A stretch of 63,584 bases of DNA, the filler included, from Olpidium bornovanus S191 (lineage: Eukaryota > Fungi > Olpidiomycota), in the NCBI GenBank assembly GCA_017911155.1. It is 30 parts of 30 records of this genome, joined end to end, with 100 filler letters (N's around TTAATTAATTAA, not from the genome) between each part and the next. Parts side by side here need not be neighbours in the genome. Positions count along the whole stretch, not along the records: positions 20,042 to 21,470 come from JAEFCI010005212.1; positions 21,571 to 23,175 come from JAEFCI010000134.1; positions 23,276 to 25,663 come from JAEFCI010004262.1; positions 25,764 to 28,787 come from JAEFCI010001321.1; positions 28,888 to 30,572 come from JAEFCI010012479.1; positions 30,673 to 32,723 come from JAEFCI010009131.1; positions 32,824 to 33,994 come from JAEFCI010006756.1; 23 more parts are not named here. One strand, given 5' to 3'. The notes beneath the pieces were generated by a model. That model had not been told where the DNA came from and did no database searches. It worked only from the letters and a program-made list of their open reading frames with translations. The translations under genes and the position numbers were made by a program. Shown piece after piece: positions 20,530 to 33,119 of this stretch (position 1 is the stretch's first letter; each line of letters opens with the position of its first letter).

Positions 20530-21316
20530 AGGTACCGGTCACGACGACGACCGGATCACGTCCCTGGCAATGCGACAGCGCCCCCCGAGGGAGGCGAACC
20601 GGCGCCGGCAGATAAGCGTCCGTTGCCCACCAAGAACTTTTTCAAAAAACTGGTAGACAAGGTGAAGATGTTCTTTGGGCGGTGTACACGACAGTCGGCC
20701 GGTACAGTTCGCCCAGAAACCCCTCCCGAAGCAGCGGCGGGCGAAAAGCCATCCAGAATGAGTCAAAGGCGGTCGTACGCTGATCAGCGGATGAATAGGC
20801 GGGGAACGCTCACGTTTATCGAGGGCTTGAACGTGCCTTCGAACGTGATGCACCACTCCCAAGGCGTCGGCGGAAACCAATTCGCACCAGCTGTATCCCC
20901 CGTCTCCGCGCGGTGAGCGTCGGTATCGACCTTCTCGGCAAATGGGGTCTTTGCGGAGGTTGGTTCGCCGCGGGGGGTTACTTACCGCACGCTGTCGTGA
21001 TATCAATGAAAGTTACACAGCAGAACCGAGCGGGGTGAGCGCCGTGTACGGAGCGGCACCCTTGTCGTTAAATCGGCCGAATGCCCAGCACGCTTCCACA
21101 CAAGGAGCTTTCATTCGCCAGTACGCTTCGGGTTTATTGCCGCTAGATCCGGCGCCCCGAAACCCGTTCGCCGCCGACCCGCATTTCGATTATTTGCGGG
21201 CGCCGACTCCATCAGACGACGTGAAGCGTTTAAGTAAAATCGCGGAGTACGAGCTTTTGGCGGTAGGTGGCGTTTCCGTGTCGGAATTCATCATGGACTG
21301 GTTCCCGGAGGCCTGA
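20530..21316 (+). CDS. Hypothetical protein, two probable exons
   Basis: Open frames at ~20530-20912 and ~21024-21316 bounded by plausible AG/GT sites. No recognised motif. Confidence 0.3.
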
Positions 21317-21570
21317 TCCATGCATTTCATGTTTCGCCTATGTGCAGACGTCCGATCTCAACTTCGATGGGATTATCGAAATTACGAAGGCGGCATTCCA
21401 GGTGTAGTACTATAATTTCGATGTGCTCGATCGCCGCCAATCTGTTTGTCTCACTACACGCATCCACATGNNNNNNNNNNNNNNNNNNNNNNNNNNNNNN
21501 NNNNNNNNNNNNNNTTAATTAATTAANNNNNNNNNNNNNNNNNNNNNNNNNNNNNNNNNNNNNNNNNNNN

Positions 21571-22950
21571 CAAAGTCCGCGGCACGAAGCTCACCTCGCC
21601 GTACTTCCGGCAAATCCGGGCGATATTCTTGTCGGAATCGGGCAGATCGACCTTGTTCAGCGCAACAATTGTCGGGAACCGCACATCCATGAACGAGAAA
21701 ACGACTCGCTGCAAAGTTTCGTCGTCCCAGCTCTCCAGGGGCTCTTTTAGGCCCAACCTGTGCAGGCAACGCGCTACCACCCCCTGTGCCGTGCCGTAGC
21801 CTGTACGTGGTAATTCATTGCCCGTCAGCAACCCGTGAACGTCGTACGGGGCCATGTGCGTAACGTCCGACTTCTGGCGTACCGCTCAACTGCGCGTGCA
21901 GGGTGTCAGCCGCCGACGACTCTGTGTGGCCGGTCAGAGCGGGTAGTAGAGGAGGGCGGGGGGGGGTTTTCGTGAAAAGAGCGAACGTCACGGCTTTTGC
22001 TCACTTGTTGCAACGTGCCGTCTCACGATCGACGGCCACCGTTTCTTGATGTTGTTGAAAATCCAGCTGTTGTTCGCAAATGCATCAGTTGCCAGAAATC
22101 GCACACGTTTTCGGCGGACTTCGCTACAACCCCGGTCGGAAAGTACATTGGCGGCCCGCCCTAGCTTCCGAGGCCTCAACACGGCCGCGACAATCTCGGC
22201 AGCGTCTCTGGTAAGAGAGAAACAGACCACCCTCCTCCCCAGCCGCCGCCGCCCGGAGGAAACCGGAAAAATTGGGGGAAAAAGTCCGTTACGCTTCCAA
22301 ACTTTACCTATGAACCTCCCCGTTCAACCACTCGATGTCATTGATCGGATCGTAGCCGACAGTCGTCTTTCCGTTCTGGTCTGTTGTCCCGGACACGTCG
22401 ACCACGTGTATCAAAACGTCGGCCTGCCGGAGATCGTCGAGAAATTGGTTCCCGAGCCCCTTTTGCCGCGCGACCCCGAACGCGCATAACATTAAACGCG
22501 GCGAGAGGTTGTTTGCGAGAAGGTTTGGGTCGACACCGCCACCGAGTTTCGTTGCGGGGAGCTGTGACCCCGCGCTTCTCCCGCATCAACGGGATAAGCG
22601 AACTGCAACTCGCGGAAAAGCTCACCTGGCCCTCCGACGCTCCGGGAACGAGCCCTGCCACGTCCAGCATTTGGACGGGGACGTACCGCGTGCCGTCCAA
22701 GCATCGCCCTGCGCCCGCAGCGACGGAAGACAACCCGGTGATCACCGCGTAAAGACGGAAAGCAGTTATGGTCGCGCCGCCACCGTCCAATTTACCGGTC
22801 GCGAGAGTGATGACCAGAGCCGAGGTCAGAGAAAAATTAAAAATAGGCACTCCTTCGCCGCCGTACCGTATCTGGGCTTGCACAGCTCCTGCTTCCCGAC
22901 CCTCTTGCAGACACACGGAAGCGGGCAGAAGGCAACGCCCCGGTTCGGCT
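21571..22950 (-). CDS. Obg/YchF-superfamily GTPase, YGR210C-like subfamily, internal fragment
   Basis: [14 protein letters not shown]...CKPRYG / [25 protein letters not shown] / [24 protein letters not shown]...[11 protein letters not shown] / WIFNN / [11 protein letters not shown]. Confidence 0.92.
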
Positions 22951-23128
22951 TTCCCGCGGCGGGCGGACGGGCGGGCGGGCGGGCGCGCGAGTTTCCCGAC
23001 GACAACGAGGACGGCCGCAAAGTCAAAGAGGCGCACAACATACCGCGCCTCCGCGGTCAGTTTCGCCCTAGAGCCACCTCGACGGCAGGAGCGGCAAGAG
23101 AACGAGGGGATTCTCTCCCGTTTGGCAA

Positions 23129-23175
<47 letters not shown>

Positions 23176-23276
23176 NNNNNNNNNNNNNNNNNNNNNNNNN
23201 NNNNNNNNNNNNNNNNNNNTTAATTAATTAANNNNNNNNNNNNNNNNNNNNNNNNNNNNNNNNNNNNNNNNNNNNC

Positions 23277-25157
23277 ATGCAAATAGAACAGTACCAACTG
23301 GACGACCAGTCAGCGACTCCGCACCTGCCTGCGGAACCGCCGCGCATTCACGTCGAACCGCGTACTTACGCCGAAGCCGTCACCAGTGCCGATTCGGATG
23401 CCTGGAAAGAGGCGATGCGTAAGGAACACCAAACGTTTATTGACCACCACGTCTACACAGTCGTTCCCCGTACGGCTAGCACCCGTACCATCACTTCCAA
23501 GTGGATATACAAGCTGAACCTGCACGCGGACGGATCTATTGATAAATATAAGGCGCGCCACGTCGCGCAGGGATTTTCACAGCGCGCGGGAATTGATTTT
23601 GACGTGACTTGGAGTCCCGTGGCATCGTTTACCTCTCTCCGTTTTCTTCTTGCTCTCACCGCAGCCGAAGCCTGGCCCGTTTTCTCCGCTGACTTCGTCG
23701 CGGCATACCTTAATGCCGACACCGACCATCCGATCCACATCGAGCAGATTCAGGGATTCGAAATCCCCGGGAAGCCGCGCCCCGGCTACGTCCTCAAGCT
23801 CAATAAGGCACTATACGGACTGCATCAGTCCGCCCGGTGTTGGTTCAACACCCTGAAGGACACCCTTATCGAGCTCAACCTCGCCGCCGTCCCCGGCGAC
23901 CCATGTCTCTTTGTTCAACACGCGGCGCAAGGGGGGGATACGATTTCCAAAGCGCACCCAACCGCGCCCGCACATCCACACCGGACCGCACCCGCACATC
24001 CAAATGCGCTGCCAACAGATTATGCAACCTACTCTATGCGCCCCAAAACCCCGGCTGAGTGCCTGAACAAATCTTTACCGACTGTTTCTTCGAAGATTTC
24101 TTTGCTTCTTTGCCTTTGGGTTGACGACATAATAATTACCGGTCCCGATTCCACGTTTTTACTCGCATTTATCGCCAGGCTGAACGCCTGATTCGCTCTG
24201 TCGAAAGCGAAACTCCTTACCTTCGTTCTCGGCATTCAAGTACTCCGTACTGAGACGGGAATCTATCTTCAAATCTATCTTCAACAAGAACATTACATTG
24301 GACAAGTCCTGGAGAGATTTCACCACTCCAAAGCAAACCCGGAGGCGACACCGCTCGACCCCTCAGCTATCAGCTCCCTCCGCCCGCGCACGTCAACAGC
24401 ATCAGCAGCAGAATGCGCCCAGTACGGCCAACTGCTCGGAGCCCTCAACTACCTTGCAACCCGGACACGGCCGGACATCGCAACGGCGATCTTTTTCCTG
24501 GCACGCTTCATGTCCAACCCAGCACCCGAGCACTGGAGCGCATTGAAACGTGTTCTCCGGTACCTCGCGGGTACCCAGCATCACGGCCTCCACTATCCCA
24601 AGGCATCCAAATCCACAACCATCAACGCATTCAGCGACTCGGATTGGGCTTGCTCAGCAGCAGACAGACACAGCATCACCGGATACCTTATCTGCCACGG
24701 AGAAGGGCCCATCGTGTGGAGATCAGGGCGCCAGAGCTGCATCGCCCAAAGCTCCTGCGAAGCGGAAGTAATGGCCTCGACAGAGGCCTGCCGCGAAATC
24801 GCATGGAGACCGCAGATTTTCAACGGCATCTACATCAACGACACCCACCGCGACGGCCTCGCCCCACAACTCCTCTACATGGACAACCAGGGAGCGGAGG
24901 AGATCGCAAACGACCCGGTCAGGTTGTCGAAGCGCTCAAAACACATGGAGTTGCGACACCTGTACGTCAGAGAATGCGTCTCAAAGCAGCTCATCAAAAT
25001 CCAGCACGTCGCGTCGGCAGAGAATCTCGCCGTCGGCTTCACCAAGAGACTTCGCACCCCCGCATTCCTCTCCTGGCGCGACCAAATAAACGTTCGAGAA
25101 GCTCCCCACACGTCGAGTCAAGGAAGGGGTTCCCGCCAAGACATCGAAGACGGCTGA
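23277..25157 (+). mobile_element. Ty1/copia pol (RT + RNase H), nearly intact, one in-frame TGA at 24189-24191
   Basis: EPRTYAEA, KWIYK, YKARHVAQGFSQRAGIDF, AYLNA, LNKALYGLHQS, WVDD, TRPDI, FSDSDWA, SSCEAE, DNQGA, SKHMELRHLYVRE, NLAVGFTK. The frame is the same on both sides of the stop. Confidence 0.97.
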
Positions 25158-25259
25158 AAGCCCAAGGCAACCGCCATTTTTTTCTTTCTGTCTACCCACC
25201 TTTCTTTTTTTTCCCCTTCCGTGCAAGCTTCCTTTCTTTCTCCGACGACAGTTCAGCTT

Positions 25260-25393
25260 GAGGGGGGGTGTCGTACGTAGATACAGACGCTGGCTAGACA
25301 GAAAACACAACGCCTGAATAAAGCACATGAACCAAAAATGAACAAAAAAAAATCCTGCCACCGCCGGAATCAAACCCCGCGGCAGTTTCAACA
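25260..25393 (+). mobile_element. Polypurine tract (25260-25268) and candidate short 3' LTR (25269-25393)
   Basis: GAGGGGGGG is immediately followed by TGTCGT. An AATAAA lies at ~25317 and the candidate end is TTTCAACA. No 5' LTR is available for comparison. Confidence 0.6.
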
Positions 25394-25663
25394 CCTGGAC
25401 GCCTCTGAAACTGACCGTACTTACATCACTGCCTATGTCAATGGCCTCCCAAACACTTACCATGAAAAATTGTTTTTTCGTCCCAAGCCTAGCATCGTCA
25501 AAGAGGCAATGGACCTGTCAACACGCATTTCGCGTCACATCCCATGGCTGAAATCGCGTCAGGCAGAAGCAGGATTTACGCAAACTCGCCCTCCGCGGCA
25601 TAATAAGCCCGGTAAGCCTGCTTTGTCCAATCCTCCGCCTCAAACTAATTCCAATGCGCAAGA
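25394..25663 (+). mobile_element. Ty3/gypsy-like gag fragment
   Basis: LDASETDRTYITAYVNGLPNTYHEKLFFRPKPSIVKEAMDLSTRI resembles the gag capsid C-terminal YI.GL......P.TL.EA..LA pattern. Confidence 0.6.
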
Positions 25664-26123
25664 NNNNNNNNNNNNNNNNNNNNNNNNNNNNNNNNNNNNN
25701 NNNNNNNTTAATTAATTAANNNNNNNNNNNNNNNNNNNNNNNNNNNNNNNNNNNNNNNNNNNNCATGCATTTAGCAACTCTCTCGACCTCTTCCACGTCT
25801 CTAACAAGGATATTTGAATTTTATCGCCACACTCGAATGAATAATGCGCCCATAACGCTACGGACAATGGAACGTCCAGTAGTTTGTCGATTTTGATAGT
25901 CGAATGCGTGTGCCACTCGGTGCGGGATAGGAGCACTTGCTGCTTAAGTGCAAGGAACGATCAGCGCTAGCCCTAAAAAAGGCTGTATTCTAAGAGGGTT
26001 GATTCATGTTTTGCACGTGAGATTTGGTTTGCCGAGGGCGTAAAACCAATAATATTAGCGTCCGCGTGCATTGCAGCTTGCCAAGCCGCTGCATCGCAAA
26101 CAGAGGCATTCCAGGACCTCACC

Positions 26124-26312
26124 TTAATAGTTCTCGGTGCAGTTGGACTCTGTTGATCCGTCATCCAATTCAACAACGTACCAAGTACAGCCCGCACTTT
26201 CGCATTCACTCTTGCTTTGGAAATTTCGGCAGTTAAAAATTGCTTCCGTTACGGTGGTCGCGCCAATCAAAAGGAGAAGGAGTAGTCCGAGGTATCCGAA
26301 ACGCGCAATCAT
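26124..26312 (-). CDS. Small secreted cysteine-rich protein (62 aa)
   Basis: MIARFGYLGLLLLLLIGATTVTEA (signal peptide) + IFNCRNFQSKSECESAGCTWYVVELDDGSTESNCTENY, with 4 Cys. A TATATAAA lies upstream at 26525-26532. Confidence 0.7.
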   Translation of the reverse strand: MIARFGYLGLLLLLLIGATTVTEAIFNCRNFQSKSECESAGCTWYVVELDDGSTESNCTENY

Positions 26313-26524
26313 GGTGAAATTGTTTTTTTTTTTCCCCAATATTATCCGGAACAACCTTTCACGACAAAGAAGAAACGCGAGTTCAACCGGCGTGTCAAAA
26401 CGCAGAACGATGTTTCATACGCATAAAAAAAGTACTCAAACGCGACGGGTGTACCAGATCGGGCGTTTGGAAAGCGAAGGGATTCCGAGTGGAGTTTCAG
26501 CAGGAAAGGAGAGAAGGGGGACCC

Positions 26525-26532
26525 TTTATATA
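26525..26532 (-). promoter_or_regulatory. Candidate TATA box
   Basis: TATATAAA on the minus strand, ~210 nt upstream of the secreted-peptide ATG. Confidence 0.45.
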
Positions 26533-27439
26533 CCCGCGGGATCCCCCGTCCCCCATTCTTCTTCTTCCCCCGGGTCGTGCGCTCAATGAGGAAAGCGGGG
26601 GAAAAGGCCTGAGTCGAGGCGGGTGCAACTGCGCGCGCGCAACCAACCCCCCTGCAGCCCCCGTTTGTGTAAGGTAAATTATCTTTAGACGCAAACTGAC
26701 TTTTCCCTCTGCCTGTCCCCTTCCTACGGAAGCTGAGCCCCCCAGGGACTTGCCCGGCATCTCGAAACTTGACCTGACCCGGCTTGTTGCCGAAAGTTGA
26801 CCGCCCCAAATGGAGTATCAAGTGTTACGCCTTTCACCCCCCCCTCCTTTTTCTCCATTTTGTCCCTTTTCCCCTCCTTCCCCCCTCCCCGCCACCCACC
26901 CTTTTCCCCCGGACGTGCGAAGGTATGAACATCTCAAAACGAAAGAGGGAAACGGGGAGGTGGGGGGGCGGAGCTGAACAACGGACGTGGGAGCCAAAGG
27001 AGACGAAGGAAGGCGAGTGCACAATGGAGGACCAAGGATGGAGGACGGACGGCTGGCGGCGGGGACCGCGGGGACTGCACTGCGCGGTTCGGAACGCTGT
27101 AGAGTCTACAGCGTTCCGAATCCCCCCCGGTCCCCCCACACCGGGACCGACAAACTCGCGCGCGCGTTTAAACACATTTTGGCGGCTCCAGTCCCCGTTC
27201 CCGCCCGACCCGTCCTCTTTATGACGGCACCGCTCTTTATTCGGAAAGGGGGTGAGGATGGTGGAGGAGAGGGTGGGGAAGAGGGTGGGGAAAATTATAG
27301 TATTCGTGCCAGCAATAAGAAAGACAAAACGATCCAGAAGGATAATAGTGGATTTTTCTTTCTGCTTTTTCCCCCCTCTTTTTCCCAACCCCCCGCTATG
27401 CTGGGAGGAAACCGGCTTTGTGAAGGAAGGGGGGGGGAG

Positions 27440-27530
27440 AAGGAGAGAGAGCGAGCGAGAGAAAGCGAGGGTGAGAGAGCGAACGAGAGAAAGCGAGAGA
27501 GAGAGAGCGAGAGAGCGAGAGAGCGAAATT

Positions 27531-27575
<45 letters not shown>
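27440..27575. repeat. (GA)n compound microsatellite
   Basis: Directly visible. Confidence 0.95.
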
Positions 27576-27576
<1 letters not shown>

Positions 27577-27740
27577 AACAAAAGGCGGACGGAAAACAAG
27601 TAATCAGCACCGGCGGGTTTTGTTAAACGTCCCTTTCTCCCTCCTTTTTTGACCGCAAGTCACCAGAGACGGCGGAAGAAGTAAAAGAAAAAAATAAGAG
27701 GGTGTGGGGGACCAAGCACCTGCCTTTCACTGACGCGCAC

Positions 27741-28700
27741 CGGCCGAAGTACCGCACGTCGTTGTCGGGGTCCTCGCACAGCTTCGTCAAGGCCGGGCGC
27801 AGGGTGTGCTCGAGCAGCTGCGTCGTCGCCGCGGGCTGGAGAGTCGCCTGGAGCACGGGCAGCAGCGTTTCTATCGCCTTGGCCACGTTAAAGCGGATGT
27901 TCGGGATTGAATCGGCGCTCATTTTCGCGAGCGTCGCTATTATCTGTTCGCGCATGTCGTCCATTCCGACGACGGAAGAGAGCGACTTTTGGGAACGGAA
28001 AGAAAAGGGCGGGGGTGAGGATGGCGCGAAATATCATGGAAAGGAGCGTAGTTTCAGCAAAAGAGCAGACCTCGAATGTTGAAAAAACGATGGAGGAGAC
28101 AAAAAAAAAACACTCCCCCACATACCGTGAGGGCGAAAATCATCGTCATTCGGTACAAGTAATTTGGGTGTGTGGCCATAGGTAATACTTTTGGGATCAC
28201 ATCAATCTTCGCCCACTCCGGGCCAAAGACATCCGCCAGTTTCCGCAAGTTTACGGTGGCTGCCTCGCGCACGGCATATACACTGTCGGACAGCCACGCG
28301 ATGCACAAGCTGACGACCTTGTCGTCGAAGAACGAGGTCCCCAGCTGAGTCGCGAGAAGCGGTATGTATTCGATCACAGCCTGCCGCACGCGCCACTGCT
28401 TGTCCTCCACGAGTTCGATGATCGCGGGATAGAGCGTCTTCGACAGTATTTCGCTCCCGATAGCTGCGAAAACGTTTTTACCAGTTCCGGTTGGCGATCC
28501 GAATCCCGTCAACGTCGCAAAAAAAAGGGTCTCGGCAGCGGTGGTGGGCAGCCGTGCAGGCAAAGGTTTTTCAGGCAGAGGGTTTTCGTTAACCCACCTT
28601 CGTTGACTAGCTGCAATTTTGATATGACGTTGAGTCGTACTTCTAGAAACTCGTCCTTCAGGAGCTGAAGAAATATGGGAAGAAAATGCTCAGAGACTCT
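27741..28700 (-). CDS. TPD3: Protein phosphatase 2A scaffold (A) subunit, C-terminal HEAT repeats
   Basis: [20 protein letters not shown] / [32 protein letters not shown]...[16 protein letters not shown]...HPNYLYRMT / PNIRFNVAK...[10 protein letters not shown]. Confidence 0.97.
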
Positions 28701-29139
28701 TTTGTTTTGTGTTTTGTATGGCGGCAGGTAAGCGACGATGAGCAAGGACAAAAGACAGCACCGCTCGCGGGCACCGCGCCCAGCAGGNNNNNNNNNNNNN
28801 NNNNNNNNNNNNNNNNNNNNNNNNNNNNNNNTTAATTAATTAANNNNNNNNNNNNNNNNNNNNNNNNNNNNNNNNNNNNNNNNNNNNCGCCCATCAAACG
28901 TCCGAGCCGCGGGGCGCGTGAGAAGACGACATGCTCGCCAAGATTTTTTCCACGTCCGATCCGCGGTAAATAGTTTTTTTTTTTGATCTGACATATCGCG
29001 GGCGCTCACAGGTTCTGCGAGTCCGTCTTTCGGCCGGAAGATTATTGATGGGCTTTTCCCGAGACCGTGTAACGACGATTTTTTTTTCCTTTTTTTTTTT
29101 TTTTTTTTTTTTTATATCTCCATCCTTCTGCTTATAAGG

Positions 29140-29994
29140 TACGTCATCCGGAACCTGCTCGTCGTGTCGATGGTGGTGATCTTCTCGTTCGCCCGTTCCC
29201 GGTCCGTGAAGTCTGCGATTTTTTCCTGCCAGGTCCGAATCTCCCTGGCGGCCTCCGACACGCCCGTGAACCACCAGCCCAAAATGGCGGAGACGGCGAC
29301 GATCGTGTTGGTGGCGCTGGCGGCCGCGTTGTTGCCGTATTTTACGTTCACGAAGAACAGCCCGACCTCCACCGCGACCGTGATGAAAAGCGCCACCACG
29401 AGGAAGATCCACAGCTGTGGGGACAAATTTTTTTTGTGGATTTTTGGGTGTGGGCGTCTCGGTCATTGGAGCCGTCGCCCGGGTGAGAAGAAAGAAAAAA
29501 AAAATCCAAACCGCAGAGATTCCGGAATGCGTTACTTGACATCCCGCCGTGCTCATTGCTTAAGGGTGGGGGGGGGGGAGGGGAGATATACCTGACCTAC
29601 ATAGTACTTTTGCGAATAGAGGTCGTGCTCCGCCTCCAAAAGCTTCGCTTTGGTGGCCGCGTAGGTCAGCTGACGCCCGTGCTGCTTTTTGAGACCGGCG
29701 ATGTCGGCTTCCGCTGCGCGGACCCGCAAGTCCAGCCTCTCGACCCGATCGTCGCACCGCTTTTCCATCTCTTTCGGCCGCTCCTTTTGGGGATCGTCGA
29801 ACGGCGGCGCGGCCGGGCGGCAAAACGGCGGCACGCCGCAGGGAGGGCTTTCGCCGGCCGGGATTGCGAGGGGAGACGGCGCGCGCGCGCTTTCCATTGC
29901 CTCCAGGAACCGCATCTGGCCGTCGGTCAGCGGAGACGCAAGGGCGCCGATGTCGCCCGCGTCGTCGTCGGCGAGCGTTTTTTCGTCGGCCATT
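29140..29994 (-). CDS. Hypothetical coiled-coil + two-transmembrane protein
   Basis: Exon 1 MADEK...RVERLDLRVRAAEADIAGLKKQ (heptads). Exon 2 LWIFLVVALFITVAVEVGLFFV...ATNTIVAVSAILGWWFTG (two hydrophobic helices). Confidence 0.55.
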
Positions 29995-32900
29995 TGCCTC
30001 CTTCTTTTTTTTTTTTTTTTTTTTTTTTCCGGGTTGTTGGGGATGGTGGGGGGGGGGGGGAAGTAAGTGGGCGGGATCATCTCTATGGAAAAAGAAGAGG
30101 AGTTCGGGGAAAACGGTTTGGGGGGGCCCCCGCTGCTTGTCAGGTCCACCCCGCCGACGAAACGGAATTTCACGCGTGTCAAAAACGGCGGCGTTCAAAA
30201 CCTTTACAGGATAATCCATCAAACGCGCGCAATCCATGTTGGATTAGCCCTTTTGCTTATTCGGCGCGCACTCGCCAAGCAGCCGGAAAAGGCACAGAGT
30301 CAAACCCGCGCATAATGAAAACTTCTTGGGGGGAAAGTGGGGGGGGGGGGGGGGGGGGGTTTTCAGGCGGGCGATTGATGTCCCCGCTTAGGACGTCCGT
30401 CTTTGTGCGGCTTGGTTTGACGGCCGGGTGGGCGCGTAAAAGCCAAGATGTTGTCGCGCACGGGGGGGGGGGGGGGGGGGGGGGGGCGGGGGGGGGGGGG
30501 CTAGGGTGGGGGGGGGTTCCCGCGTGCGGCTCTGGGGGGGGAAGGAGACAAGGGGGAAGCCCTTCAATTGGCNNNNNNNNNNNNNNNNNNNNNNNNNNNN
30601 NNNNNNNNNNNNNNNNTTAATTAATTAANNNNNNNNNNNNNNNNNNNNNNNNNNNNNNNNNNNNNNNNNNNNCCCCCCCCCCGCCGCTAGCCCTTCCGCC
30701 GGCAACACGCCCGCGCGAGAACAACAGACGCAACGCCCGACAAAACTGCCTCCCGACGTCCTTCGCCGGCGACCCAGCTGTATCGCCCATTTACTCCGCC
30801 TCTTCTTCGTCCGCAACCCGTTCTTTATACACGCGCCCTGCCGGAACCTCCCCGCGGCGCGGGCCCAGTGCGGAGTGAACACAGCGACGGGAGCAAGAGC
30901 GCAAGCCGGCGCGCGGCGAACGTTTAACGTCTGATGGGGTTAATTTTATTTAGTTTTATTTTTTTTTTTTTTTTTTTTTTTAGCCGTGGTTTATCATTAG
31001 TCGCGCCGCCGCGCAGAAAAAAACAGCGAAGCATCGCGAACGGAAACAGCCTAACCCCGATTGCTGCAAAGGCGTGCTGAAGCGCTCCAGGATGAAAAAT
31101 TATTGCCAACTGGGGGGTCAAACCGTATACGCGTATAAATTTTGCGGCAGGCAGCGTTCATAATGTTGTTAACCTCTTTATATGTTGACGAATGGTCGGC
31201 ATCTAGGATCCAAGTAGAAATCTCCGATCTCGGGGGGGAGGGGCACGCCGCTGGGGGGGAATGGGGGGGGGGAGCGGAAAGAAAATGCCCCGATCGGCGA
31301 TTTCAATTTCACGCGAAGCAATTTTTTTTCTTCTTTTTTTTTCCGCGGAGGAACACAGCAAGGGGGATGAACAATGGAGGCGAATTTATTTATTTTTTTC
31401 CTCCCTTTCGGCAGGCTCCTGAATGAAGCCCGGCCCGGCCCTTGCTGACCGAAACTGTAGACCCAGCCAGCAGACATGACCAGATACCGCCCAAAACCAC
31501 GTACCACCTCAAGACCACATACCCGCCCACAGTGCAGCAACAGCCACAGTGACGCCACAGCCACAGCCACAGTGGAGCCACATCCAGGCACGGTCAGACC
31601 TCGCCTGCCCCCGGCACGACCACGAAAAAGGCCACATGACGCCCCTAGCCTGCAGGGGCCCTATGCTCCACTGCCCACTTGTCAGCTCTCAGGCCGGGGC
31701 CGTGCAGGCCCCGGCCTTTATGAGCAGTCCAAATTGCAGCTACAGCTTGACCCCGGCTAAGTATTTTTAACCTTACCACTTCCCCCGGCCAATTGATGGG
31801 GACTGACGGGGTTTGGAGATGGGATGGTTTGAGATGGGATTGATTTGTAACGTGGCTTGAAATGTCGGCCGTGGCCTAACGAAAAGTCTCGGATTACAGC
31901 CGAGGCAAGAAAATCGCAAAGTTCGGGACGCATACACCTCCTATGGGTTGGGCCGCAGTGGAGTCGCTTTCAAGATGCCAGCTTCCCAGCGTTCAACGAC
32001 GTTGTGACCGCAGCATTTGCAAGTTGCCTGTAGCGAAATACAAAATGCGTTCGAGGTTTCGTGGGTAATATTTCCCAGCAGCATTCTATCGCGCCGCGCT
32101 TAAGACTTTACTACTCTTTGCGACAGCGTTTTCGTGTTCGCAGCATTCTTGGTTCTCTATAATTATTCAAGCGGAAAGCTAAAGATTATGATCTGAGCGC
32201 GTTTCACACGTGCCAATCTTTCGATTTCTCCCGCGTTTTTCTAGTCTTCCTCGATTTGAACTCTGAAATAAAAACACGCCTGGATGAGTCAAGCAGAGTG
32301 TTTGCGCTAACCTCCAACGTCCAAAGTATGATAGCCATAGTAATGAAGATTCGCGAGCTTCAGGAGGTGAAACTATCTCCGTGCATCTCAGGAGTTCAAT
32401 CTTTTATTTCGGGCTTTGATTTTACAAACCTGGCTCTGGAAACAAAAATAGTTCCTGCTGAGAAGCTTCAGCCGCTTGTCCGGTCTAGGACAGTGGCAAC
32501 TTCTTGAATAACCATATCTGTCGTACCGCGACATTTTGAACAGCTGACACCAGGGAGAGAACGTTTTGTTGTTGAGCCTTCTCTATTACCCAAATTAGGT
32601 CGCATGTCGCCAGCTTCGAAACTCTCCAATTTCTGCTTTCTGACGCTGCCGGAATAAGAATTTTCCAACCAGATCTGGTATTTCATACTAATTGCGGTGG
32701 GGTTTACAGGGAAGCTACTTGACNNNNNNNNNNNNNNNNNNNNNNNNNNNNNNNNNNNNNNNNNNNNTTAATTAATTAANNNNNNNNNNNNNNNNNNNNN
32801 NNNNNNNNNNNNNNNNNNNNNNNAGAAGCAACAAAAGGAATGAAAAAAGAAAGAGAATCCTGAATGTCTATCGTTAATGGGGTGGTAATGAAAAGTGTTC

Positions 32901-33119
32901 TAGTCTAATGGATAATCAATCGGCGGCGACAGCCTAGACGCATGCCAAAAAAACCGCCAGAATGACATGATACGAGGACTTGAGACCCGTTTCGGGGGGC
33001 CGCCTGGCGGGTTCCGGGGTGGGATCTGATTAAAAGAAGTGGGATGGGACGCCTTGACGATATTCTTCTCGATTTTCCTCCCCGGCCCGCCTTCCCCCCA
33101 AAAATCCGGGTTTTGTTTT

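Noticed and set aside
31800-32723. AT-richer stretch with partial ORFs on both strands
   Set aside because: Many stops and no recognisable motif; possibly a decayed TE, but unsupported.
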